In this document: piece after piece, positions 1 through 12,019 of the stretch
How the letters are laid out: every line of letters starts with the position of its first letter
How positions within the stretch are numbered: the first letter of the stretch is position 1
Assembly: GCF_046119375.1 (NCBI RefSeq)
Contig: NW_027362762.1
Coordinates: 157,604,001 to 157,668,000, forward strand
Direction of reading: 5' to 3'
DNA length: 64,000 nucleotides
DNA from: Phyllobates terribilis
Taxonomy: Eukaryota
Made by a program: the position numbers and the translations under genes
The notes under the pieces: generated by a model
The model's database searches: none
Seen by the model: only the letters and a program-made list of their open reading frames with translations
Told to the model about the DNA's origin: nothing

Positions 1-437
1 GTAATAAGAAACTGAATAAAATGATACCTTGATATCTGTGATCCGATGTCTTATTCCCAAGAAATCTACATTTTTCTTATATGAAAATGAGCTGTTAAGA
101 TCTATGGGTGGGACACTGATCTGCATGAGAATGTATCTCCAGAGAGTATTATAAATAAAAGGTGGTGTTTCCAGTGTGAGACATGTAATGACTGACAGTT
201 TGCTCTCCTGATCTACACAGATAACGCCCCCTTTCATTTATAACAATCTCTGGAGGCAGATTTTCAGGGAGATCAGTGCCTGGCCCATAGATCTTAACAG
301 CTCACTTACATATAAGAAAATGTGGATTTGTCTTAAATAAGACATCAGCTATCAAAGTATAACTTTTTTTCAACTTTCAATGACCAACATGCCCGTATAG
401 ACGGCTTATGGGGTTTGATCCTAATGACAGATTCCCT
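1..437. mobile_element. Palindromic TTAA-type (T2/Kolobok-like) MITE, left end outside the window
   Basis: Internal long inverted repeat (e.g. gttaagatctatggg / cccatagatcttaac) and terminus ...gacagattccct followed by ataa, resembling the AGGGAATCTGTCA terminus at 17521. Confidence 0.5.
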
Positions 438-759
438 ATAAAAGGGGTATCTGTAACCTAATGGAATTCAATATGGTCCTCTATCTATCTAAAACAAAAA
501 AAACAAATAACTTTTCTAATATACTTCTATTAAAAATTCTCTTCCATGCACTGGGGATTCTCAACCTAGACGTCATCAGGAGGCTGGGGTTGCAGTCACT
601 GAAACAGGTCGTAATCAGTGATGGCCGTATCAAGGGCTGGGCTAGCCTCTTCTATACTGCGAATTCACCGGTTGTCAATACCGATGCATGCTCAGTATGC
701 TGTCTTTGCTGGACAGTGTACCTGTCATTGTGTGTGCGTTCCCCAGCAAGCCCTATAAA

Positions 760-1290
760 AAAGTGACATGCTGGCAGGAGTGCGGTCTCTTGCTTGATCG
801 TCACTGACAGTGTGCTCTCTTACTGGTTCTAAAGAGAAATTACATGTTGGCAGGAGAGTGCTCTCTTGCTGGCTCATCACTGATAGTGCGCTCCCTTTCA
901 GGCACTAAAGAAAAGTGACAAATTGGCAGGAGAATGCTCTCTTGCTGGCATCTCACAGACAGTGTGCTCCCTCACCAGTTCTAAAGAGAAGACTTGCTGA
1001 CAGGAATATGCTCTACTGCCAGCTTGTTAATGACAGTGCGCTCGCTGGCTCTAAAGAGAAGTAACAAGCCAGCTGGAGAGCACTGTCTCACTGGCAAGTC
1101 ACAGACAGTGTGCTCACTCACCAGTTCTAAAGAGAAGATATGCTGACAAGAGAGCTCTCTCTTACCAGCTTGTAACTGACAGTGCACTCCATTTCTGGCT
1201 CTAAAGAGAAGTAACAAGCCACAGGAAAGTTATGTCTCGCTGGCAAGTCACTGACAGTGTGCTCCCTTGCAGACTCTAAAGAGAAGTGTC
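760..1290. repeat. Minisatellite, ~75-bp unit, about 7 copies
   Basis: Recurrent tgacagtgtgctc...ttctaaagagaa motif at roughly 75-bp spacing (805, 882, 958, 1030, 1105, 1177, 1254). Confidence 0.85.
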
Positions 1291-1566
1291 AGTGTACATT
1301 TTAAGTTGTTCATGCGTAGCAAATTGCAAATTGTTAAAAATTGTCTGGGTTCAGCAAATTCCTAAAAATTGGACATAAGGTTATCTCTAGAGGTGTCAGG
1401 TTACTGGGTTTTCAAATTACATTCACAAAGCTCTCGGCATATATGTAAATTATCTGCTGCCACCCTTTAACACCATAGTGTCCTCCATATGTCCTCCACA
1501 AGATGATATCTGTCAGTATATCTTTTGTGCAATGTATGATTACAGAATTTTATATAGAGGCATCTA

Positions 1567-1926
1567 CTACCCCTGGCAAAATTATGGAATCACCGGGCTC
1601 GGAGGATGAGCAGACTAATGAGCAGATCTAATTTGATGCAGGTGTTAGTTTTGGAAATTAAAATTTACAGGGTGATTCCATAATTTTTCCTTAAAATTTA
1701 GTGATTCCATAATTTTTTATTTCCCACTGCTTGGTCTGAAAAAAAATACCCTTACTGAGTACCACATTTTTAATCTTGATTTCTTTTAGTGTTTCTTAAA
1801 GCCCTAAAGTTGCCATTTGAAATGACTTTAGTTTTGTGCCATGTCTGTGATCTGCTTTTTTTCAACAACATTAAACAACTGAATGAACATCCTCCGAGCC
1901 CGGTGATTCCATAATTGTAGGGGTTG
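1567..1926. mobile_element. Internally deleted Tc1/mariner element
   Basis: TIRs c(t)acccctggcaaaattatggaatcaccgggctc / gagcccggtgattccataattgtaggggttg, flanked by TA at both ends. Same family as 56843-57360. Confidence 0.85.
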
Positions 1927-2661
1927 TAGTACTCTATACAAGACTAAATCACTGTGAAGAGCACTAGATTTTTCTAGATGATACAAATGAAACAAGAGTT
2001 TATCGTTTGCTTCTATTGAAATGTTTGGCAACTTTTCAGGACTTGAAATTAATTGGAGCAAATTTGTGCAACTCCCTTTGAATTAGAATGATAAAAGAAA
2101 CAAGTTAGGCTGGTTGGATAACTCCATACCTGGGTAATTACACTTCACAGGACCCAAAGAAATATGCAGATATTCAACATGTTTTCATTGATCAAATGAA
2201 TTAGGACCGGATTTAAAATATGGAACGATAAGACTGCCTAAAATTGCTGTCTAATCTTCATCCTCTAATTAAGCACAATATTTGTCATGTTTAACAGTTG
2301 GGTTATACCTGCCGGATATTAATATTACATTACATTCAGCATGCTTATGCCATTTGAGAAATGTGATCTTTTAAGTGCACTAGTGACAAATTGTTGGAGG
2401 CTTTTCCTAATGTTTTTGCTCTGTAATCAGACCCTTTAGGACTAGGTCACATACTGGTTAGAGAGTGGTTGTCTAATCACATAAAAATTTGTTTCAATGT
2501 CTTAGGAATGCAAGTAAATTAAAGTTACTAATATACTTAGCTTATTATAGTTCCCAAAATGGCCTGATTTCAGAAATAAACTTTGTAATATATTTTATTA
2601 AAAAAAATCAGCTTATTTCTACTCCTGGACTGATCATTCATTCTCAAAGTTCTCCATTTAT

Positions 2662-3043
2662 AGGTAAAATCTGTCTTCAGTGAATACAGAGTTTACCATT
2701 ACTGATATAAGAGAGAGCAGTTGATGCTCATGAAGTTCTGTGGAGAACTGTAACTGCCATTTCAGTAGAACTTGTAACAGAATGTCTGTGTCTAGCTCCT
2801 CTTTCTTCCTTCCCATTCCCCCTCTCCATAGAATCTTATAAGCACCAACTGCTGTCTCCTATCTTCGTAATGTGAAAATCTTTCTTCAACAAATACAGAT
2901 TTTCCAGTTTTTATGAGTTGAGCGTAAAACATCGATCTAGGAGTTGAAAGAAGCTAATTTCTCTGATAAGATATATTTCAAAGTTGCTTAGTTTTAAGTG
3001 AAATATTGATTTGTGAAATAAACATTAAAACAAAGGTTACTCT
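2662..3043. mobile_element. TTAA-type palindromic MITE
   Basis: Internal inverted repeat (gagagcagttgatgctcatgaagttctgtggagaa / ctctccatagaatcttataagcaccaactgctgtctc) and TTAA at the right end. Confidence 0.45.
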
Positions 3044-5099
3044 TTAAATATGGAGACTTGAAGAGTTTGCTTTCTCTAAACCATCTACTGTTTGTCACCC
3101 TGTTAGAGTGCATATAAGTATATATAATAATATAATAAGTGGCATCACAAGTTGGCAAAGGCTTTTAAGTTACACGTGTTGGAGCACAAATAAATATGGT
3201 ATTTACATCATTTTTTTTTGTTTTAAAATTATATGAAATTTTGCAAAATGAAGTTGTTAATCTGTAGATTTACAGTTCAGAGATTTACAAATTAAAAGTT
3301 GTAAAAAATTATGAAGGGTAAAATTTAAGTTACACTGTTCTACAAGAAGGGAGTGTGACTTTGGAAAGCATCAGAAACAGGCGTGTACGAACTGTGACAT
3401 GTATCTTGTGAGCATGAAACACAACATTATACAATGTTTTTTGACTCAGTATATATTACACCCAAGAAGTATTGAATAGAGCTTGAATCAGCACTTTGGA
3501 ATGTCAAAGATGTTCAGTGTAAGACGGAGACATTTTATACAAGAAGTGGCAGTGCTAGAAAAAAATCAGTTTTGAAGAAACTTGCTTAAAATAATAGGCG
3601 ACATTTTTTGCCTTGCTGCGATTTCAGTAGTTTCTATAGTTTGGCTACCAGGAAATACTGAAAGAGTGAGAGAAGAAATAATAAAATAATAAAACTGGTC
3701 AAACCCCCCTGAATTCTAGTGCGACATGCCATCTACCACACATCAGAGCCCTCCGTGGCCTCATTGGTCATATGTGGTAGATCGTTTGTCATCCTTGTGG
3801 CAATCATTGTGGGAGAATTGACATGGACCTGGCAGTGCTGAAATGGCAGGGGGTTTAACAGATGAGTATACATTATTTTACTATTTTAGTACATTTCATC
3901 TCATTGAATACATTTGTCAGGAACTTGGGAGTCTCCTTTGAAGTGGCTGTCCAGTGTAAAGAAGTTATCATGTATCAAAAGGATTAAATGATAACTTACA
4001 GATAAGTGGAGGTCCCAGTGGTCGGTCTCCCGCTGATCACCAAAACGGGGCACTTTTATCCCCATTAGAATTGAGCAACAGTGTGTACGCTACACCGCTG
4101 CTCCATTCGCCTCTTTATGGACTGCTGTAAAGAGCCATGCACAGTCCTCGACAGTCCCATGGAGAGTGAATGGAGCACAGCATGTGCACTGCCATTTCAT
4201 TATAATTGGGATGCAAGTGACCCCATCTGGAAATTGGTGGGGGTCCCAGTGTTCGGGCACCCACCCATATATATGTTATGACTAGTGTTGATCGAGCACT
4301 AAAATGCTCGGGTGCTCGAAGCTCGGGCTGAGCTCACCGTGATACTCGGGTGCTCGACCCGAGCAACGAGCCCAATGTTAGTCTATGGGAGACCCGAGCA
4401 TTTTTGCGGTGGCACCCCTGGCAGTCTGTAGAAAGCCTAAAAAGTGCCCAAAACGATAGTGACAGTGCTCAAATGACATGGGGACAGCATGGGGATCGCC
4501 CCAGGAAGCATTTCTGACCCCCCAGGTCACTGCTGTCAACAACGTGGTCAGAGGTATTAAGCCACTTTTACGGGCTCACAATAAAACGTTCAAAAACGAA
4601 ACTGAAACTGCTTTCCTGTGAAATATGTTAAGGAACATCCTTTCCAGGGTAAAGACTTGTGTATAAGATAAAATAAATAACCAAAAACAAAAATACTCCT
4701 CCACACCTTGGGCTATGTTCACAAGTAGCATTTTTTATGCGTTTTTACGCTTTTGTATTGCTTTCAACCGTGACAAATGCATTCACCGGGAAATGTCATT
4801 TTAACATTTTACAACCTTATCTGGCCATGTGCTGTGTGACACATGCATACGTACAGTGCTGAAAAGACATGGGAACAGCATGGGGAAGACGCCTGGAAGC
4901 ATCTCTTACACCCAGGTCACTGTCTAAAAGTGTGCCCATCAGAAGTGATCTTTGCCGCATCAGAAGATGCAGACTTGCAACTATCCCCGTGCTAGTCCTT
5001 ATCCCAGGGCAGTGTTCAATTGTACCTACCCTATTCCTTCCAATGCAAGTGGTAGTATGCAGCCTGCCACCCACCCACCCCTAGGCTGCAATACCATAC

Positions 5100-5800
5100 T
5101 GCTTGCTTGCACTTGAAATTGGGCCTTTTAGGCATATGGAGGTGGAATCTGGCTGCCACGTCATGGCTGCGTCGGCGGCCTGGTATCCATACTCAGTCCC
5201 CAGCCGCCCAGGGGCTGGGTGTCCACGCTTGATCCCCAGCTGCCAGGGGCGGCCGGGTGTCCATACTCGGTCCCCAGCCGCCCCGCGGCCGGGTGCCCAC
5301 ACACGGTCCCCAGCCGCCTGGGGGCGGCCGGGTGTCCATAAATGGTCCCCAGCCGCCCCTATTTGTCCCGGTGCGCCTTATACACAAGCGCGCATAACAA
5401 AACATTACCTGTGCCCTCCCCAGTGCATTTAGTGGGAAGGACAGCCTAACCACAAACACGTGGACAAGTGAATGTGGCCAGGGATGGTCCATCTCACTGA
5501 CGCCTTCACACTGGGTTAATATTGTGGAAGCCGGGACACAGTTGGACACTGGGATGCAACACGTCCTCCAGACATAGAGGATTGCGGGTACTGGGTCAAT
5601 CAGGCTTCAATACAAAGTTCAGAAGGTAGACAGCAGCAGTGGTCGGCCTCCCACACAATGAGTAAATTACTCATGATCATGAGGCCATCCATCTCCTTAG
5701 CTTTCTGTTCCTTGGAATGCAAGCGCATGTATGTAGTAGCGGCTAGGCCTGAGGTGGTCCGTGTTTTGGCGCATATCCTACCACCGAGGTATGCTGGATG
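5100..5800 (+). pseudogene. Degenerate inverted copy of hAT transposase coding sequence inside the same element
   Basis: + strand reads LLALEIGPFRHMEVE...YSVPSR and SAFSGKDSLTTNTWTSECGQGWSISLTPSHWVNIVEAGTQLD, homologous to - strand LEMLPFRLVETE...YLVPSR and NALTGRVHLTTDTWISACSQGQYFSLTAHWVNIVETGTQLD. Confidence 0.85.
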
Positions 5801-6269
5801 TTTTCCTGCTACTATCCCAGTTCTATGACTCCCGTTAAAACAAAGCTTCAGGTGATGAATGATGGATAAGGTGGTGGCAAAGGAGAAAGAGCAGGAGGAA
5901 CAGGGACCATTCACATCAATATCAAGCCAGTCAACTACACATGTCTTGTAGGATATGTTTCTGTACCAAAAGAAGCGGTTCGGCTACACAGTTATAGGGC
6001 ATACAGTGAATGCAATGCCTACCAAAAATTTCGAGGCATTCCAATGCCCCTTGGAAGTGATGGAAGGCTTTCCAAAAATTATGAGGAACTGCAATGCCCC
6101 TTGAAACAGACGTGGATTACAGCGTACTAAAAACCTTCTACCCATTATTGGGGAGTGGGTCTCCCTTAGTGTTCGCCTATGCATTGAAAAGCAAAACCTG
6201 ACTAAAATTAGGAGGAAATGCAATGCCCGTTGGAAGAGTCATGGAAGTTAGAGGTAATTAAAAACAACA

Positions 6270-6950
6270 TTTCAATGCCCCTTGGAAGAGACGTGGAGTT
6301 CAGAATGGTTTAACAAGACGGTTTTAATGCCCCTTGGAAGAGACGTGGAGGTCACAGTTTCTTAACAAGACGGTTTTAATGCCCCTTGGAAGAGACGTGG
6401 AGTTCAGAGTGGTTTAACAAGATGGTTTTAATGCCCCTTGGAATAGATGTGGAGTTCAGAGTGGTTTAACAAGACGGTTTTAATGCCCTTTGGAAGAGAC
6501 GTGGAGGTCACAGTAGCTTAACAAGACGGTTTTAATGCCACTTGGAAGAGACGTGGAGTTCAGAGTGGTTTAACAAGACGGTTTTAATGCCCCTGGGAAG
6601 AGAGGTGGAGTTCAGAGTGGTTTAACAAGACGGTTTTAATGCCCCTTGGAAGAGACGTGGAGGTCACAGTAGCTTAACAAGACGGTTTTACTGCCTATTG
6701 GAAGAGACGTGGGGTTCAGAGTGGTTTAACAAGATGGTTTTAATGCCCCTTGGAAGAGTGGTGGAGGTCGCAGTGGAATAAAAAGACAATATCAATGCCC
6801 CTTGGAAGAGTAGTGGAAGTCCCAGTGGAATAAAAAGACAATATCAATGACCCTTGGAAGAGTAGTGGAAGTCCCAGTGGAATAAAAAGACAATATCAAT
6901 GACCCTTGAAAGAGATGTGGAGGTCACAGTAGCTTAACTAGACGATTTTA
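6270..6950. repeat. 52-bp tandem array inside hAT
   Basis: aatgccccttggaagagacgtggagttcagagtggtttaacaagacggtttt recurs at 6274, 6326, 6378 and onward. Confidence 0.92.
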
Positions 6951-7485
6951 ATGCCCCTTACAAGAGCCATGCAGTACAGCATATTAAAACATTATTCCCA
7001 TTATTTGGGAGTGGGTCTCCCATAGCCTTTGCCTATGCCTTCCAAGCAAAAGCTGCCAAAAATTAGGACCCAGGAACTTGCAATGCCCCTTACAAGAGCC
7101 ATGCAGTACAGCATATTAAAAACATTATTCCCATTATTGGGGAGTGGGTCTCCCATAGTCTTTGCCTATGCCTTCCAAGCAAAAGCTGCCAAAAATTAGA
7201 AAGGAGGAACTTGCAATGCCCCTTACAAGAGCCATGCAGTACAGCATATTAAAAACATTATTCCCATTATTGGAGGATGGATCTCCCATAGTCTTTGCCT
7301 ATGCCTTCCAAGCAAAAGCTGCCAAAAATTAGGACGGAGGAACTTGCAATGCCCCTTGCAAGAGCCATGCAGTACAGCATATTAAAAACATTATTCCCAT
7401 TATTGGGGAATAGGTCTCCCATAGTCTTTGAGTATGCCTTGCAAGCAAAAGCTGCCAAAAATTAGGATGGAGGAACTTGCAATGC
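6950..7485. repeat. ~133-bp tandem array (4 copies) inside hAT
   Basis: aatgccccttacaagagccatgcagtacagc starts at 6950, 7082, 7215, 7348. Confidence 0.92.
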
Positions 7486-10400
7486 TGGCAACACGGACCA
7501 CGGTCACCCTGGTGGTATAGTGGTGGTGGAGCCTGAGGATAAGGAGAAGAGCAAAAAACAGCTGAAATGAGGAAGCGTATACCCATGTGTGGGTGTGAAG
7601 TGGTGCATGGGAATACACCTCCGAAATAACACAGTGGATTTGACTTTATGTTACTCTGCTGTCATTTGGTGGTGATGAGAAGTCTGGCCCAATCCAGCCC
7701 TTGTTCATTTTGATAAGGGTCAGCTTGTCAGCATTGTCATTTGACAGGCAAGTGCGCTTATCAGTTATAATTCCCCCAGCCGCACTTAAAACACGCTCCG
7801 ATAACACGCTAGTGGCAGGGAAGGCCAGGACCTCCAAGGCGTACAGAGCGAGTTCATTCCAAGTGTCCAGCTTAAATACCCAATAATTAAAAGGCACAGA
7901 GGAATCACGGAGGATGCTGGTACGGACAGCAAGGTACTCCCTCACCATCTTTTGAAACTTTCTACTCCTTGTGAGAGTACCCCGCGCCTCAGGGCCTGTA
8001 AGCTGGGCGGGTCTCAGAAAACTGTCCCAGAACGTTGACAGTGTTCCCCTGCCTCTGCTGGATTGGAGTTGCGTCTCTCTCGCCTGTATGCCTTGGTTGG
8101 GCAATGAACTGTGACCTCTGCCGCTAGCGTGTTCAGATGGGAATTTTTTAACAGTTTTGCAGCAAGGGCCTTCTGGTACTGCCCCATTTTTGTAGACCTC
8201 TCCACCTCAGGAATAAGAGAGTGAAAGTTCTCCTTGTAGCGGGGGTCTAAAAGTGTCACCAACCAGTAATGACTATCACCCTACATTTTGACAACGCAAG
8301 GGTTACAGTTAAGGCTGCGTAACATAAAGTCAGCCATGTGTGCCAGACTGGTAACGGGCAAGACTTCCGTGTCCTCACCAAGATGACGACTGATCATGCT
8401 CTCCTCCTCCTCCCCCCTGTCCTCAGGCCACCCACGCTGAACCGACGGTATGACAGTTGTACAGGTACTACCGTCTACAGCGCATCATACCAGCTCCTAT
8501 TCTTCCTCCTCCTCCTCCTCTCCCTCATTGTCCCCCAATGCACGTTGAGATGAGATGAGGCTGGGCTGTGTGTAATCGCCCGCTACGGCTTCTTGATCCC
8601 ATCTCATCATACTCTGGCTGCAATGCCTCCTCTTTAATTCTCTGCAGAAAGTGTTGCAAAAGACAGACAAGTGGGATGCTGACACTAATGATGGCGTCAT
8701 CGCCACTCACCCTCTTGGTGGACTCCTCAAAGTTTGTCAGGATGGTACATATGTCAGACATCCAGGTCCACTCCTGAGGTCTTGTGTGGAGTCTGACCTG
8801 AATTTTGACGGCCTTGTTGCAGCTGGTACTCCACAACTGCTCTCTTCTGCTCACAAATCCTTTGCAACATGTGGAGGATAGAGTTCCAACATGTGGGGAC
8901 ATCACACACACCAGTCGGTGTGCCGGAAGCTTCAAACGCTGCTGCAATACAGCAAGGGTGGCGGAAGCTGTAGCCGACTTCCGAAAATGAGCTGACAGGC
9001 GGCATACTTTGACGAGCAGATCTGGCAACTCGGGGTACGATTTAAGAAACCGCTGAACCACGAGGTTAAGCACATGAGCCAGGCATGGTACGTGTGTGAT
9101 CTCGCTTCGCCTCAAAGCCGCCACCAGGTTACGGCCATTGTCACACACGACCATGCCTGGATGTAGGTTCAGCGGTCTCAGCCACAAATCTGCCTGCTCT
9201 TTCACAGCTGTCCACAACTCACAAGCAGTGTGAGGTTTATCACCTAAGCTTATGAGTTTCAGCACAGCCTGTTGCCGCTTGGCTGAGGCAGTACTGCAGT
9301 GCTTCCAGCTTGTAACTGATGTGGTGATATCTGAGATGGAGGCTGAACATGAGGAGGAGAAGGATGCGCAGGAGTTGTACACTGTGGGGGCAACTCTGAC
9401 TGACATATTGCCCGCAATCCTCGGTGTGGGGAGGATGTGTTCCGTCCCAAAGTCCAACTGGGTCCCGGTTTCCACTATGTTTACCCAGTGTGCCGTCAGG
9501 GAGAAATACTGTCCCTGGCTACAAGCACTTATCCACGTGTCTGTTGTCAGGTGGACTCTCCCAGTAAGTGCGTTGTTGAGGGCACGGCAGATATGTAGTG
9601 CGGGGATGGCACACCGGGAAAAATAGTGTCGGCTGGGGACCAAGTACTGAGGGACGGCCACCGCCATAAGGTTACGGAAGGATTCAGTCTCCACCAGCCT
9701 AAAAGGCAGCATTTCCAACGCAAGCAGTCGTGAAATGTGCGAATTTAGGACTGTGGCCTCTGGGGCGTTGGCTGAGAATTTGCGCTTTCATTCAAAGGTC
9801 TGGGATATAGATATTGAACGCTGCGGTGGGACGTGGACGTTGATGCTGTTTCTTGAGAAACTGCCATAATAGTGAAGACTGAGAGGAGGGGGCATCTTTG
9901 CATGCAGTATGGACAGGGGATTGCCTTGCACGCACAACAGGGGGTTCTCTTACACACACAACAGCGGAAGAAGCAGTGGTGACACCCGCCGATACTGGTC
10001 GTGGACCCTGGGGTTCGCCCCACAAAGTCGGGTGCTTTGCTGACATGTGCCTGATCATGCTGGTGGTGGTCAGGCTGGTAGTTTTGTCACCCCTGCTGAT
10101 GCTGGCCTGGCAGGTGGTACAAATGGCCTTTTTGGGGTTATTTGCAGAGTCTTTAAAAAAATTCCAGACTCTGGAAGACCTACCAGTTGTACTGGCAACG
10201 TCCCTCGTGTTGGTGTTACGGGAAACGGTTGCCCGCCTTCTGTCTGCGGCCACCACACTGCTTCTTCCTGCCTTTTGGGGTACTCTGCCTCCCTCCCCCT
10301 GAGTGCTGCTGGCCTCGCTCTGCGTGTCCTTCTGCCACGTTGGGTCAGTTACTAGATCATCCACCATCTCTTCCACTTCCGCACCACGGTCCTCCTCCTC

Positions 10401-10978
10401 ACTTCGTGGCAATTGTGTCTCGTCAACGTCCACCTCTTGTGACAAATTGCCAGCGTCGCCTTCCTGTGGCCGAGGCTGTTCAAATATTTGGCCATCGCTA
10501 CATGGGATCTCCTCTTCCACCACTTCAAGCGGAGCAGGTGAGGGGCCCAAATATGGAAATGGACCAGTGAACAGCTCTTCAGAGTGGTATACAGAAGAGA
10601 AAAGGGCATAGGGCAAACAAAGACCATGCACTCCCAAATGTAATGCAAAATATCAAAAAGTTTTTATTAATAATACATCAACAACACACAAACAACCAAG
10701 TTTTTTTAAAAACACTTAAAACACAACCTGTGTAGAAAATATTCAGATACAAGAGGTATGGGAAAATAACCCAGCAATGCAGAAAACCTCTAAACTTTGT
10801 AGGTACTGTGAAAAGTCAAGTATTTATTGAGTCCAGATAGAAAACAATACCTTAAGTCACTGACCACTGGATCAATATATTAATAAACAATCAATATTTG
10901 CGGTAAAAAACATGACCTTGGCAGATGAAAGCATTATATATAGGATCAATGCATATCGTTACCTACAAAGTGAGTCGA

Positions 10979-11018
10979 CCCAAGGCGTATCACTGCTCAC
11001 TAGCAGCTTCGTCAGGGG
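10979..11018 (-). ncRNA. Degenerate type I hammerhead ribozyme motif in the PLE 3' region
   Basis: - strand CCCCUGACGA-AGCUGCUagugAGCAGU-GAUAC-GCCUU-GGG. Canonical would be CUGANGA...GAAAC-GCGU-H-GGG. Confidence 0.6.
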
Positions 11019-12019
11019 TAATGAGGTAGTGTGTTGCTCATGTTTAAATACCCAGGATCAAAGGAGCATGTGACCATTGTCGGGTGTAATGAATGAAAGG
11101 GAAAAGGCAGGCATTTGCAGTCCTGGTACAGGTATACGTACCAGGACACAAACCGCGCAGTATAGATAAACCGCCATAGAGGCAGCAGCGGTGTGAATAA
11201 ACCGCCATAGAAATAGCAGCGGGAAGTGCCATGCGTTCCGCCGTGTATCGTGGTGGAACGCAAACGGAAATGACGCGCTAACGTCACTTCTAGTCTCGTG
11301 TCTGGAGCCCCTGCGTTACACATGCTAGCTGCAGCGGAATGCAAGCCAAGCGGCATGATAAGTAGCACCCCGGTTCAGTATAATGGAGAAGAAAAGGAAA
11401 AGAGAGGAGGATGGCGCGTCCGCCAGATAAGCAAAGAATGTGTATACACGGCATTTATAAAGTAGAAAAAATCCAAAAAACTTCATTGCAAAAATAAGGA
11501 ATAAAAATAAGAAAATCAAAAATAAACAATGAAAAATCTTGTAATAATAAAATAAATGACAAAGAAAGAAATGTGAAGAAACATAAAACGCATACAAAAA
11601 AACAATTCAAGAAATAAAAAATATATAAAGAAACACACCCATAGTGTGAATATAAATGAATTCCCCAGAAGAGAAAAACTCAACAACATAAACATACAAC
11701 AAGTGTATACCTACCATCGGGAACCAAAAAGAAATTAAAACTCAATCAACTGATTTGATAAATCAGATGCAACAGAAGGGGGTTAAACTGTCAAGAAAAA
11801 TATATATTAAGCAAAAAAAAACTCTGGAAAAAATTTTTTTTAAAAAATTCCCCTCTTTTCCCTATTTTTTTTTTCCCTTTTACTCTCTCTTTCCCTTCTC
11901 CCTCCCCTTTCCTTTCCTCTTGAAAAGTTACCATTTAGCAAACAAGTAATGTATATAGAATACATGAAAAAAGGATAAATGGTCAAGTAACCCAAGAAGG
12001 AAACCAGAGAACATCTAAT

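Noticed and set aside
3590-3660. Hydrophobic stretch IIGDIFCLAAISVVSIVWL as a possible signal-peptide exon
   Set aside because: There is no in-frame ATG after the upstream stop and no donor site.
6270-7485. Regular repeat arrays as possible CRISPR
   Set aside because: The units are contiguous with no unique spacers, there are no cas genes, and the context is a eukaryotic transposon interior.
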